In this document: piece after piece, positions 19,881-30,667 of the stretch
How the letters are laid out: each line of letters opens with the position of its first letter
Position numbering within the stretch: position 1 is the first letter of the stretch
NCBI GenBank assembly: GCA_002307055.1
Contig: DBTM01000036.1
Location: forward strand, 34,416 to 98,415
Direction: 5' to 3'
DNA length: 64,000 nt
From: Clostridiales bacterium UBA1316
Lineage (GTDB): Bacteria > Bacillota > Clostridia > Oscillospirales > Oscillospiraceae
The notes under the pieces: model-generated
Database searches by the model: none
The model's input: only the letters and a program-made list of their open reading frames with translations
What the model was told of the DNA's origin: nothing
Program-made: the position numbers and the translations under genes

Positions 19881-20621
19881 ATGTGGGTGGGATTTATTAT
19901 GGCAAAGGTAATAAGCTCTCTGATCAGTATTATACTGATGGTGGTTATTGTGCTTGACAGCATTCTGCCGCAAGTATTTCCGCAATTGACAACACAGTAT
20001 ATATTACTCATGATTGTCGCAATACTCGCAACCTCCTTTATTGAGTCAGCCGACATGTTTTCTAAAATAAACAAACAATTATTAAAATTAGTTGAAACAA
20101 AGAATCTACTATCGAACGATTTAAGTGATTCATTGTCAATGGGGTTTGAATTATGCAAAGGGCATGTATCTGAATTTAGAGTCTATTCAATTTCTTCCAC
20201 CAAAATTTTGAGTTATATTGAACCCAAAGATGATATTTATATAGATAATTGTATGCTCATGGTTCGAGATTTCAGTGACTGCACAAGCGAAAAAAACAAG
20301 GATTTCAAAAATGAGATACAAAACAATATTCGCAGATGGGAGAATATGCAGGCTAAGAAAAAGATCGGTACGCTTACTATACGGCGATATAACAATTATC
20401 CGCTTGACTTTACCTGTATCTTTGATAATAAATTTCTTACATTAGGGTTATATCTGGTTGATGAAGCAGACATATCAAATGTTAAGGTTGACAAGCCAAT
20501 GTCGATTACGAAATATACGGAATCTGGTCGCCTGCTGATAAAAAAGTATACGAAACGGTTTGATACATATTTTGAGGCAAGCGAGCTGGTTCGTGATCCG
20601 TGCCTGGGAAAGAAAGAATAA
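19881..20621 (+). CDS. Hypothetical protein: two N-terminal TM helices plus soluble domain
   Basis: Hydrophobic N-terminus. Start may be 19899. Confidence 0.7.
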   Translation: MWVGFIMAKVISSLISIILMVVIVLDSILPQVFPQLTTQYILLMIVAILATSFIESADMFSKINKQLLKLVETKNLLSNDLSDSLSMGFELCKGHVSEFRVYSISSTKILSYIEPKDDIYIDNCMLMVRDFSDCTSEKNKDFKNEIQNNIRRWENMQAKKKIGTLTIRRYNNYPLDFTCIFDNKFLTLGLYLVDEADISNVKVDKPMSITKYTESGRLLIKKYTKRFDTYFEASELVRDPCLGKKE

Positions 20622-20659
20622 TTTTATATTTAACATATCCTGTTTAGGAGGGCATCGAA

Positions 20660-20992
20660 ATGAAAATTATTAAAAAATCAGAAATACCGTTGGAAATAGC
20701 ACATGGAGGCAGCGGCAGCAGAAAATTATACCTATCCGACAATGAAATAAATCATATACAAGCGATGACATATGGCTTTCTGCCGGTGAATTCAAAGTTT
20801 GATTGGCATTCTCATAACGGTGTTAACGAAATGATGCTAGTAATTCTAGGATCTGGTATCATTAAAGATGAGGATGGAGTGTACCCCTATCACAGCGGGG
20901 ATTTATTTGTGTTTCCAAGTAATGTTTTCCATGAGATTGTGAATACGGATATTATCGATAGCGAAATAGTATTTGTACGGGTATTTACCTGA
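20660..20992 (+). CDS. Cupin domain protein
   Basis: AHGGSG, WHSHNGVNE, PSNVFHEIVN. Confidence 0.85.
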   Translation: MKIIKKSEIPLEIAHGGSGSRKLYLSDNEINHIQAMTYGFLPVNSKFDWHSHNGVNEMMLVILGSGIIKDEDGVYPYHSGDLFVFPSNVFHEIVNTDIIDSEIVFVRVFT

Positions 20993-21084
20993 CACATACT
21001 TGAAAAAACATTACCTCCGAGTCAATTTTATCGGCTTGGAGGTGTTTACTTTATACAAAATAAACAAATTCTACCAATTACGTC

Positions 21085-21113
21085 TTGATATTCGCGGTTT
21101 GTTTATGTATAAT
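21085..21113 (+). promoter_or_regulatory. Sigma-A-type promoter of the EPS locus
   Basis: TTGATA-17 bp-TATAAT. Confidence 0.6.
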
Positions 21114-21311
21114 CTGGTTATTTAGAAGAAACTTGGTAGAATATATACTAAGAATGAACCGACGTATCTTGTTTATTCTTCACATATTATTGTTGTATAA
21201 CGAGGAATATTCTGATATGCTTTATACTGAAATATATGCAGGTACAATAATTATTTCCAAAATGTTCCATATTAAATCAGAATTATTAATGACTCGAAGA
21301 AGAGGCTTACT

Positions 21312-23198
21312 ATGACAGATTTCAAAAGAAATTTGAATAGATTTATTCAGCGGTCAATCATACTCATAATGGATATTCTTGTTGCGCTGTGCGTTGCGTT
21401 TTTTGCATTGCTGCTGCGTTTTGATTTCAGATATTCTGATATTCCGGCGCAATATTTACTGATACTGCAAAATCAAATTCCGATAATTGTTGGTTTGACA
21501 ATAATTATGTTATATGTGTTTAAGCTCTATAACAGTGTTTGGCAGTTTGCCGGCATTATTGAGCTGACGCGTATCGTTTATGCGACCATTATTACAGAAG
21601 TCCTGATTGTACTCTTCGGATACATAGCCGGGGCCATGCTGCCTCCGGCTTTCTATATCTTTGACGGGCTGCTCAGCATGTTCGCTATCGGGGGGCTTCG
21701 TCTGGCATACAGAATTATTTCCAGGCTTACACTCGGAATGTTCCGAAGATTGGATAAGCAGGAACGCGTCATGCTCATTGGGGCGGGCAAGATGGGTACC
21801 TTGATGATAGAGGAGCTCATGAACGAAAATTATAATTATGGAAAACCGATTATACTTGTTGATGATGACCGCAAAAAGAAGGGAAAACGGATCAGGGGCG
21901 TAAAAATTGCCGGCAGCTGTTCGGATATGCCCAAACTTGTAAAAGCCTATAACATAGACAAGATTATTTTTTGCATTCCGTCAGCCTCTCTCGAGTCAAA
22001 AAAAAGCATTTTGGATATTGCGCTCAGCACCGGATGCCGCGTCAAGGTTGCCCAGTCCATTCACGGATCGCTTAGAAATGAAATGGAGACAAACAGCATA
22101 CGGGATGTTGATGTCGCTGATTTGCTGGCCCGGCCTGTTGTTGCGCGCAACAGCGAAGCCTGCGGCTACATACGCGATCAGGTCGTTTTGATTACAGGCG
22201 GAGGCGGCTCAATCGGTTCGGAGCTTTGCCGCCAGATTGCAAAATATGGTCCTAAGAAAATTATTATTTTTGACTTTTATGAAAATAACGCCTATGAGCT
22301 TGTGTGCGATCTCAAAGAGATATACGGTACGGCAATTGATATCCAGATCCGCATCGGTTCCATCCGCGACATGAAAAGACTGGAGCAAGTTTTTACGGAA
22401 TTCCAGCCGTCTATCGTGTTTCACGCGGCAGCCCATAAGCATGTGCCGTTACTAGAGGACAGCCCCTGCGAAGCTGTAAAAAACAATGTTTTTGGGACGC
22501 TCAACACGGCTAAGGTTGCCAGCAAATTCGGAGTTAACAGATTTGTGCTCCTTTCAACCGACAAGGCAGTGAACCCGACGAGTGTTATGGGGGCGACGAA
22601 AAGGATCACCGAAATGATCGTTCAGGCGGTCAATTGGCATAATAAGACCATCTTTGCGGCTGTCCGTTTTGGAAATGTGCTTGGGTCAAACGGCAGCGTT
22701 ATACCTCTTTTTAAAAAGCAGATTGAAAAGGGCGGCCCTGTGACGGTTACGCATCCGGATATCACGAGATACTTTATGACAATTCCGGAAGCGGCCCAGC
22801 TGGTTGTTGAAGCGGCGGGTATTGCTGTCGGGGGCGAGGTTTTTGTCCTGGATATGGGAGAACCCGTTAAAATCGTCGACTTAGCCACGAATCTCATCAA
22901 GCTTTCCGGCCTCGAACCGGATGTGGATATAAAGATTGAATTTACAGGTTTAAGACCCGGCGAAAAGCTTTATGAAGAGCTCTCCTATCCCGAAGAGGAG
23001 GAAAACCGCACGACAACACCCAACAGTAAAATATTTATTACGCCGCCGATTGTTTTTGACACAAAGGTTTTTCGGGTTCAGCTTGACAACCTGAAGAAAT
23101 TTTCCGATGAAAACAACATTGAGGAGCTGTACAGAGAGCTCAATGACATTATATATAACTGTGTCGACCATAAAATGGCTGATGAGCACTTGGCTTAG
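21312..23198 (+). CDS. Membrane-bound UDP-GlcNAc 4,6-dehydratase (PglF/CapD family)
   Basis: N-terminal TMs, TGGGGSIGSEL, HAAAHKHVP, STDKAVNPT, RFGNVLGS, RPGEKLYEEL. Confidence 0.93.
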   Translation: MTDFKRNLNRFIQRSIILIMDILVALCVAFFALLLRFDFRYSDIPAQYLLILQNQIPIIVGLTIIMLYVFKLYNSVWQFAGIIELTRIVYATIITEVLIVLFGYIAGAMLPPAFYIFDGLLSMFAIGGLRLAYRIISRLTLGMFRRLDKQERVMLIGAGKMGTLMIEELMNENYNYGKPIILVDDDRKKKGKRIRGVKIAGSCSDMPKLVKAYNIDKIIFCIPSASLESKKSILDIALSTGCRVKVAQSIHGSLRNEMETNSIRDVDVADLLARPVVARNSEACGYIRDQVVLITGGGGSIGSELCRQIAKYGPKKIIIFDFYENNAYELVCDLKEIYGTAIDIQIRIGSIRDMKRLEQVFTEFQPSIVFHAAAHKHVPLLEDSPCEAVKNNVFGTLNTAKVASKFGVNRFVLLSTDKAVNPTSVMGATKRITEMIVQAVNWHNKTIFAAVRFGNVLGSNGSVIPLFKKQIEKGGPVTVTHPDITRYFMTIPEAAQLVVEAAGIAVGGEVFVLDMGEPVKIVDLATNLIKLSGLEPDVDIKIEFTGLRPGEKLYEELSYPEEEENRTTTPNSKIFITPPIVFDTKVFRVQLDNLKKFSDENNIEELYRELNDIIYNCVDHKMADEHLA

Positions 23199-23324
23199 GC
23201 AGGCTGTTTAGCGGCGGGCGCCATTTTTGATGAATTTTTGTGCTGTCAGCTTTTTGGTTGACAGCGTATGGCTAATGATGTACTATATTTTGTGTGTAAA
23301 TGCAGTAAATATTTCGAAAAATAG

Positions 23325-24044
23325 GTGCTAAATATGATTGAAATTGATATCGGAAAATTATTAAAAGCCTTATTAAAACGAATATGGATTATCATATTAG
23401 TGACCTTGCTTTTTTTAGCAGGTGGTTATGAGTATACAACGCGTTATGTCCATCCTGTATATACGGCATGGACAACATTGTATATACAGAATACAAGCAA
23501 TTATGAGGGTAATATTTCATCGGGAGATTTGACTTCTTCTTCAAGTTTGGCTTCTACCGTATCCATTTTATTAAAAAGTACCAACATCATGGGAAAAGTT
23601 GCTGAGAGTCTGGATGACGGGTATACGTCACAGGAGCTTGCACAAATGTTTGAAACCTCCGTGACAACGAATACGGGCGTGCTGAGTATTTCCGTTCAGA
23701 ATCGCAATCCTGATGAGGCGCAGAGAATAGCGAATGCGATAGCCGATATCGCACCTGCTGAATTAATGAAATTCATCAGTGGGGGCAGTGTCAAGCTCCT
23801 CGATAGAGCAACCTTACCTTATTATCCGACTTCACCAAATATTATTAAAAATACGGTTCTTGCAGCCGCTGTTGGATTTGTCCTTTCGTGTGCCGCTTTA
23901 ATACTTATCGAATTGTTTGACACCAGAATAAAATCCGAGAATGATTTAAAGCAAATAGCGGATATCTATATTATTGGAATAATACCGAATGTACCGCAAA
24001 AAAAAGTAACGGAGGAAAAATCCGGTGGCAAAAAGAGAAAATAG
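23325..24044 (+). CDS. Polysaccharide chain-length regulator (CpsC/YveK/Wzz-like)
   Basis: Two TMs, PTSPN, FDTRIKSEND...IIGIIP. Confidence 0.88.
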   Translation: MLNMIEIDIGKLLKALLKRIWIIILVTLLFLAGGYEYTTRYVHPVYTAWTTLYIQNTSNYEGNISSGDLTSSSSLASTVSILLKSTNIMGKVAESLDDGYTSQELAQMFETSVTTNTGVLSISVQNRNPDEAQRIANAIADIAPAELMKFISGGSVKLLDRATLPYYPTSPNIIKNTVLAAAVGFVLSCAALILIELFDTRIKSENDLKQIADIYIIGIIPNVPQKKVTEEKSGGKKRK

Positions 24045-24729
24045 AGCGAAGAGACTCGATATCAATTACTCTACTTTTATTATTAACGAGGCTTATAGAA
24101 CTGCGAGAACCAACTTACTTTTTCTGCTCTCGACAAGTTCATATAAAAAAATCAGCGTCACGAGCGGTCTGCCGGCCGAGGGCAAATCAACTACATGCAT
24201 TAATCTATCGATTTCGTTTGCGAAGGTCAATAAAAAGGTTTTACTTATCGATGGAGATATGAGAAACCCCGTCATACATAGAAATTTTGATTTGAGAGTC
24301 AGCCCGGGCCTGAGCGATGTGCTCATCGGCTTTAAGGAACTATCAAAATGCATCTACGAGACAAATGTTGAAAACCTCAGTATAATTCCTGCCGGTACAA
24401 TCCCGCCGAATCCCGCCGATCTTTTAACACTGCCAAAATTTCAAGAGACAATGGATGAATTGTCAACGAAATTTGATTACATATTTTTTGATACACCGCC
24501 TGTTAATCTGTATACAGATGCGCTCTCCATAGCAAATAAAATGGACGGTACGATATTGGTAACCAAGTATAATTGGACGAAAAGAGACTTGCTGGAAAGC
24601 ACGATTGAGAAATTTAATAAAATTGATGCGAGATTATTCGGTGTTATATTAAATAACTATGATAACAAGAAATTTATCCAACACATGAACTACGGCAAAC
24701 GGGGGGACTACGACCTTGACAATAAGTAA
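24025..24729 (+). CDS. BY tyrosine kinase (CpsD/CapB)
   Basis: EAYRTARTNL, EGKST, LIDGDMR, FDTPP. Confidence 0.92.
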   Translation: MAKRENRAKRLDINYSTFIINEAYRTARTNLLFLLSTSSYKKISVTSGLPAEGKSTTCINLSISFAKVNKKVLLIDGDMRNPVIHRNFDLRVSPGLSDVLIGFKELSKCIYETNVENLSIIPAGTIPPNPADLLTLPKFQETMDELSTKFDYIFFDTPPVNLYTDALSIANKMDGTILVTKYNWTKRDLLESTIEKFNKIDARLFGVILNNYDNKKFIQHMNYGKRGDYDLDNK

Positions 24730-24823
24730 AATATGCTTATTTGTTGACTGAGGTTGTGCCTTTCGAGCCTGCTGAATCTAAGCCCGGCAAAACCGGAAAC
24801 AGCACAATTCCCCGAGAAAAGGA

Positions 24824-25513
24824 ATGGTCGTATATATGGTAATCGATATGCATGCCCACATACTCCCGAAGACGGATCACGGCAGTGACAGTATGGAGTG
24901 CTCAATTCAGCAATGTAAAAAAGCGGCTGCCGCAGGGGTCGAGACCATTGTTGCAACACCTCATTTTTATATGGATATTGATATTATTGACTACTTTCTA
25001 ATGAGGCGTGAGGAAGCATATATTAACCTTACAAAAACCGTAAAGTACCCCAAAATATTAAAGGCCGCCGAGGTTACGCTGTTTCCCGGCATAGAAAAAT
25101 TGGACCGCTTAGATGAATTATGCATTGAAGGTACTGACTATATTCTGCTTGAAATGCCCAATACCACCGGTGATGATTGGGTGTATCAATCCATCTTTGA
25201 AATAAAGGGAAAAAGAGGCCTGCGTCCGATTATTGCCCACATAGACCGCTGCAGTAAGGAAAAAGCGAAACGTTTGCTGGAGATGGATGTTCTTATACAG
25301 GTAAATGCCGCCGCTTTTACATCCTTTAAAAAATCTTATTATGTCATGAAGCTGTTCAAAAAAAACAAGGTGCATGTTCTGGGGAGCGACGCGCACGGTT
25401 TTGCCGATGAATATCTCGACTTTCATCAAGCTCAAAAAAAGCTGGGCAGTCTGGCTGATACGGTTATGAGCAATGCCGAACGGATCATACATAATGAATT
25501 CATAAAGAAGTGA
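24824..25513 (+). CDS. PHP-family tyrosine phosphatase (CpsB/CapC)
   Basis: DMHAHILP, ATPHF, IAHIDR, GSDAH. Confidence 0.9.
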   Translation: MVVYMVIDMHAHILPKTDHGSDSMECSIQQCKKAAAAGVETIVATPHFYMDIDIIDYFLMRREEAYINLTKTVKYPKILKAAEVTLFPGIEKLDRLDELCIEGTDYILLEMPNTTGDDWVYQSIFEIKGKRGLRPIIAHIDRCSKEKAKRLLEMDVLIQVNAAAFTSFKKSYYVMKLFKKNKVHVLGSDAHGFADEYLDFHQAQKKLGSLADTVMSNAERIIHNEFIKK

Positions 25514-25868
25514 GAACAGGAAACGCCTCATACATAGGGTGTTTCCTGTTTTTATTCAAACGAAAGCTATTTTTATCAGAATGATTTGGCTGCTTTATGA
25601 AAGATTGCTCGTCATTTTGTATTAATAAATTCTGGTACTTTTGGGCAAACTGCTCGATGCTTATTGACATAAATATTAAGCTATTGTAAGATTATGTCGA
25701 TAAATTACATTGTTGGCTTAGTAAATTAAAATACTAAAGCAGAAATTGACTTCTATTAACAGGTAAAAAAGGCGGGAAACTGCCGTATAAATTGAGAGCA
25801 TACGTATCGGATTATGAATATCCGAACGGATGGTAAGCAATCCCCAGAAAAACTTGGAGGCATAAAAT

Positions 25869-27065
25869 ATGCAGATTTCCTTTTCTCCACCGGATATCGG
25901 AGAGTATGAGATAGCGGAGGTAGTTGATACTCTGCGCTCGGGGTGGATTACAACCGGACCTAAAACAAAGTTATTTGAAAAAAAAATAGCTGAATTCTGC
26001 CATACGGATAAGGCTGTATGCCTGAATTCGGCTACAGCCGCTCTGGAGCTGACGCTGCGGGTTCTCGGTATCGGAGAAGGAGACGAGGTCATAACCTCCG
26101 CCTATACATACACGGCTTCAGCGAGCGTTATACAGCATGTCGGCGCAAAAATAGTGTTAATCGATACGGCACCGAATTCGTATGAAATGGATTACGACAA
26201 GCTGGAACAAGCGATAACCGAAAAAACGAAAGCGATCATTCCTGTTGATTTAGCAGGGGTGATATGTGATTATGACCGGCTTTATGCCATTGTGAAAAAG
26301 CAGGCGGTTCTCTTCAGGCCGCGCAGTAAAATACAGGAAGCCTTCGGGAGAATCGTGCTTCTGGCTGATGCGGCCCACGCGTTTGGGGCCACGCGGCATG
26401 GAAAAATGTGCGGTGAAATAGCTGATATTACTTGCTTTTCCTTTCATGCTGTAAAAAACTTTACGACAGCGGAGGGCGGAGCCGTTACCTGGCTGAATAT
26501 CGCTGGGATCAGCAATGAGGACTTATACAAAGAATTTATGTTATTGTCTTTACATGGACAATCGAAGGACGCCTTAGCAAAGATGCAACTGGGCGCCTGG
26601 GAGTACGATATTGTTTATCCTGCTTATAAATGCAACATGACGGATATTATGGCCTCCATCGGCTTGGCGCAACTGAAGAGATATCCGGATATCTTAAAAC
26701 GGCGGCAACAAATCATCGGAATGTATGATCAGGCATTCAAAAATGAGAAGCTGCACATATTGAAGCATTATGGAGATGGGTTCGCCTCAAGCGGCCATCT
26801 GTATATGGTTCGGTTCATAGGAAGAGATATGGAATACCGCAATGCTTTTATTAAAAAGCTCGCGGAAGAAGGCATTTCTTCTAATGTACACTATAAACCG
26901 CTGCCGATGCACACGGCATACAAAGCGTTAGGGTTTGATATTAAGAATTATCCGAGAGCTTATGAAATGTTCGCGAACGAAATAACCTTGCCGTTGCACA
27001 CGCTGCTGACAGACGAAGAAATTGAATATATTATAAAAACGTTTACGCAGCTATACGGCTTTTGA
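25869..27065 (+). CDS. DegT/DnrJ/EryC1/StrS nucleotide-sugar aminotransferase
   Basis: SGWITTGP, DAAHAFG, FSFHAVKNFTTAEGG. Confidence 0.93.
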   Translation: MQISFSPPDIGEYEIAEVVDTLRSGWITTGPKTKLFEKKIAEFCHTDKAVCLNSATAALELTLRVLGIGEGDEVITSAYTYTASASVIQHVGAKIVLIDTAPNSYEMDYDKLEQAITEKTKAIIPVDLAGVICDYDRLYAIVKKQAVLFRPRSKIQEAFGRIVLLADAAHAFGATRHGKMCGEIADITCFSFHAVKNFTTAEGGAVTWLNIAGISNEDLYKEFMLLSLHGQSKDALAKMQLGAWEYDIVYPAYKCNMTDIMASIGLAQLKRYPDILKRRQQIIGMYDQAFKNEKLHILKHYGDGFASSGHLYMVRFIGRDMEYRNAFIKKLAEEGISSNVHYKPLPMHTAYKALGFDIKNYPRAYEMFANEITLPLHTLLTDEEIEYIIKTFTQLYGF

Positions 27066-27092
27066 CAGCCACTATTACAAACAGAGGTTGAT

Positions 27093-28289
27093 TTGATGAA
27101 AAAAATAATGATTATTGGAGCCGGCATGCTCCAAACTCCTATAATCAAAAAAGCGAAGGAACTCGGATATTCGACCGTCGCCGTTGATAAAAACCCGAAT
27201 GCCGAGGGGTTTCAATATGCGGATTATCGCAGAGAAATCGATATAGTCGACCAGCGTGCCTGCTTAGCTTATGCCAAAGATATGAAAATTGACGGTGTAC
27301 TTACGGCAGCGACTGATTATGGCGTGCTGACGGTGAGCCGGATTGCAAATGAGCTTGGTTTGCCGGGCTTGAAGTATGCGGTCGCTGAGACGATAAAGAA
27401 CAAATATACCGTTCGTAAAATATTTTTTGAAAACAATATCGATAACACACCTCAGTTTTTTGAGGTAACTGATATTAAAGATATCCTCGAGCTGCAAAAA
27501 AAAGTGAAGTATCCTCTTATGATTAAGCCCTGTGACGGGTCTGGCAGCAGAGCCGCCTGCAGAGCCGATAAGGCTGATGAGTTGCTTGAAGCCTGTCAAA
27601 AAGCCATGAACGCATCGGTATCCGGGAAAGCCATCGCGGAAACGTTTATAACGGGAAAAGAATACGGTGTTGAGTCGTTTGTTGAAGAGAATAAGATCAC
27701 AGTATTAGGCATTATGAAAAAGTACATGACGGAGCCGCCCTTTTATGCGGAGTTAGGTCACAGTGTGCCAAGTGAATTATCGGGCGAAATGCGCGCGAAG
27801 GTGCAGGAAACAGTGATGCGCGCGATTAAAATATTGGGGATTAATTTCGGCGCCGTCAATATGGATTTACTGATAACAGCGGATGAAAAAGTATGTATTG
27901 TTGATATTGGCGTGCGAATGGGCGGCAACCTGATCGGGTCTCACATCATTCCGCTTTCTACCGGTATTGACTATGTAGGTAATATCATTAAGGCTTCAAT
28001 AGGAGAGAAGACGAGCTTTTCGCAGACTGCTTCAAAATGCATCAGTACAAGCATTTTGAGCCTTAAACCGGGAAAGGTGAAAAATATCAATTTTAAGAAA
28101 GCAGATTTGCTTCATGGTGATATACTGAATATTATACTTAATATAAGCGTGGGATCCACAATTAATGAATACCATACAAATTTAGATGGCTGCGGCTATA
28201 TTGTTGCGACAGGCGATACAACGCAGCAAGCGCATAATGCTGCATTTGAACTCCGCAATAAGATCGATTCTTTGATTGAGAGGGAGTGA
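27093..28289 (+). CDS. ATP-grasp ligase (paralogue 1)
   Basis: IIGAGMLQ, IKPCDGSGS, ETFITGKEYGVE, RMGGNLI. Confidence 0.88.
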   Translation: MMKKIMIIGAGMLQTPIIKKAKELGYSTVAVDKNPNAEGFQYADYRREIDIVDQRACLAYAKDMKIDGVLTAATDYGVLTVSRIANELGLPGLKYAVAETIKNKYTVRKIFFENNIDNTPQFFEVTDIKDILELQKKVKYPLMIKPCDGSGSRAACRADKADELLEACQKAMNASVSGKAIAETFITGKEYGVESFVEENKITVLGIMKKYMTEPPFYAELGHSVPSELSGEMRAKVQETVMRAIKILGINFGAVNMDLLITADEKVCIVDIGVRMGGNLIGSHIIPLSTGIDYVGNIIKASIGEKTSFSQTASKCISTSILSLKPGKVKNINFKKADLLHGDILNIILNISVGSTINEYHTNLDGCGYIVATGDTTQQAHNAAFELRNKIDSLIERE

Positions 28290-29503
28290 GAAGTGTGTCG
28301 AAACAAATAAAAAGAATACTGGTAATAGGCGCAGGTCATTTACAAGTCGATACTATCAAGAGAATACGAGAGCTCGGATTCGAAGCGTATTGTGCAGATG
28401 CAAATCCATTAGCAGAAGGATTTCAATATGCAGGCGGATATAAAGTAATTGATGTTTTAGATAAAGACGCTTGCCTAGCGTATGCCAAGGAACTGGAGAT
28501 TGATGGTGTAATGACTGCTGCGGCAACAGTCACACTGCCCACAGTTGCTTTTATAGCGAAGCAATTAGGATTGACAGCCACATCACAAAAAGCGGCTGCT
28601 ATAGCTACGAGCAAATATGAGATAAAGAAGCGCTTATCTGATAACAAACTTAATATTTCAGGTAAGTTTTTGGAAATTGGCAATATCAGTGAAATGGAGG
28701 GAATCAAAAAATACCTGGAGTTCCCTTGCGTTGTTAAGCCAAGTGACGGTTCGGGGAGCAAGGGAATCACAATTGTCAATAATAGCAATGAACTAGAGAG
28801 GGCTGCCGAGCACGCTTTTAATGAATCGAGATCAAAACGGATCTATTTTGAAAAGTTTATTGAAGGTGATGAATACGGTGTTGAGTGTTTTGTTTACGAA
28901 AATCGAGTGTATGTTTTAGGCATATTAAAAAAAATTATGACGCAATATCCAACCTGCTCTGAGCTGGGACATCGCGTGCCGAGTGGGCTTCCAGAAGAAA
29001 TAGAAAGCAAAATTAAGCTGCAGGTAACAAAAGCTCTAGAAGCGTTATATGTTACCTTTGGCAGCGTGAATATTGACCTTATATTGTCCGATAAAGAAAA
29101 TGAGCCATATATCATTGATTTAGGTATGAGAATCGGAGGAAATCTGATTGCAACGCATATTATCCCTTTTTCAACCGGTATACATATTATTGATAGAACA
29201 ATACAGGCGGTTGTCGGAGAGAAAATATGCATAGAAACTCTTTTTGAAAAACCAGTTGCTACGCGTTTAATTATATTGAAACCAGGCGTGATTAAGCAAA
29301 TTGGAAATATATCTGCTTTAATAGACTATACAGGCATCCTTGATGTTGTATTCACAAAAAAGGTTGGAGATACAAGCCGTGAATATATTGTAAATTCAGA
29401 TACATGCGGTTGGGTTGTCGCGACAGGTGAAACCGCTTCGGAAGCTGAAAAAAATGCAGAGGATGCGTATTGCAAAATAAAGGAAATGATTGTTATAGAT
29501 TGA
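28286..29503 (+). CDS. ATP-grasp ligase (paralogue 2)
   Basis: VIGAGHLQ, VKPSDGSGS, EKFIEGDEYGVE, RIGGNLI. Confidence 0.88.
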   Translation: MRSVSKQIKRILVIGAGHLQVDTIKRIRELGFEAYCADANPLAEGFQYAGGYKVIDVLDKDACLAYAKELEIDGVMTAAATVTLPTVAFIAKQLGLTATSQKAAAIATSKYEIKKRLSDNKLNISGKFLEIGNISEMEGIKKYLEFPCVVKPSDGSGSKGITIVNNSNELERAAEHAFNESRSKRIYFEKFIEGDEYGVECFVYENRVYVLGILKKIMTQYPTCSELGHRVPSGLPEEIESKIKLQVTKALEALYVTFGSVNIDLILSDKENEPYIIDLGMRIGGNLIATHIIPFSTGIHIIDRTIQAVVGEKICIETLFEKPVATRLIILKPGVIKQIGNISALIDYTGILDVVFTKKVGDTSREYIVNSDTCGWVVATGETASEAEKNAEDAYCKIKEMIVID

Positions 29504-29512
29504 GGTGGCTAT

Positions 29513-30016
29513 ATGAAAAGGAAACGATTGATGCCAGTCAAGCTATATAATATGGAAGCATATAGATGCAGTATTGACGAAATGTGCATTATTAAATCAG
29601 ATTTAGATCTGGACATCGTAGAAATATCTGATGAGAACTGGAACGAAATCAGAGAGTTAAAAAAAAATAAGCAAGAAAAGGGTTGCGCTGTTTATTACAA
29701 CAAAGTTCCAATAGCATATGCTTTTTATAGACTGCAGGGTTCGTATGACGACTTCTTTAAGATCAGCTCCGCCGTTTGCGTTATAGCGCATGTTTTTGTG
29801 AAACCGGAATATCGCGGTCATCGAATTCAAGGTGCTTTATTTTATGAAATAGCACGTAGGGTAAGCAGTGAATTCGGTATTAAGTACTTTTATTGCATGA
29901 TACATACATATAATAAAAAATCTATGTCTGGAGTTCGCAAAGCAGGTTTTTCTTATCTCAGCGATTACAAATGCATAAGAATATTTGGACGAACAGTAAA
30001 GAAATTTAAAATATAG
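29513..30016 (+). CDS. GNAT N-acetyltransferase
   Basis: HVFVKPEYRGHRI, NKKSMSGVRKAGF. Confidence 0.8.
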   Translation: MKRKRLMPVKLYNMEAYRCSIDEMCIIKSDLDLDIVEISDENWNEIRELKKNKQEKGCAVYYNKVPIAYAFYRLQGSYDDFFKISSAVCVIAHVFVKPEYRGHRIQGALFYEIARRVSSEFGIKYFYCMIHTYNKKSMSGVRKAGFSYLSDYKCIRIFGRTVKKFKI

Positions 30017-30039
30017 AAAATTCGTAATGAGGCTGGTTT

Positions 30040-30657
30040 TTGATGTATAAATCATACATAAAGCGACTATTTGATGTAGTATTATGCTTAATTGCATTAC
30101 CATTTTTTGCGATTATATTAATTGTTGTCAGTATATTAATAAAGTTTGATGACCGAGGACCTATCATATATAAAGCGGCAAGAATCGGAAAGAACAGTAC
30201 CGTTTTTAGCATGTACAAGTTCCGTTCGATGAAAGTAGACGCACCGAATATTTTAAATGCTGATGGAAGTACATATAATTCAAAAAATGATCCGAGGGTA
30301 ACAAAAACAGGCAGGGTTTTAAGAGAGACAAGTATTGATGAAGTCCCGCAGATTTTAAACATACTCAAGGGTGAAATGAGCATTATAGGTCCGAGGGCAA
30401 GCGGGAGCGGCGCGTTGGGAACGTATCTGGAGGACGAGGAACCGAAAATGCTTGTTCGCCCAGGGCTAACAGGATATACACAGGCATATTTCAGAAATGG
30501 CCTGAGTGTACGCGAAAAACGATTGAATGATGCTTGGTATGCGCAGAATGTAACATTTCGGCTTGATGTTAAAATTTTCTTTAAAACAATTTTTACTGTT
30601 TTAAAAGGAGAGGGCATTTATACTAACACTGAAGAAGTTAATGAAATTGTAAAATAG
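30040..30657 (+). CDS. Priming sugar-phosphate transferase (PglC/WcaJ family)
   Basis: IKRLFD, KFRSM, DPRVT, SIDEVPQ, GEMSIIGPR, RPGLTG. Confidence 0.93.
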   Translation: MMYKSYIKRLFDVVLCLIALPFFAIILIVVSILIKFDDRGPIIYKAARIGKNSTVFSMYKFRSMKVDAPNILNADGSTYNSKNDPRVTKTGRVLRETSIDEVPQILNILKGEMSIIGPRASGSGALGTYLEDEEPKMLVRPGLTGYTQAYFRNGLSVREKRLNDAWYAQNVTFRLDVKIFFKTIFTVLKGEGIYTNTEEVNEIVK

Positions 30658-30667
30658 GGGATACCAA

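Noticed and set aside
21085..21315. 76-aa ORF upstream of the EPS operon
   Set aside because: Starts inside the predicted promoter and has no RBS. Probably non-coding leader.
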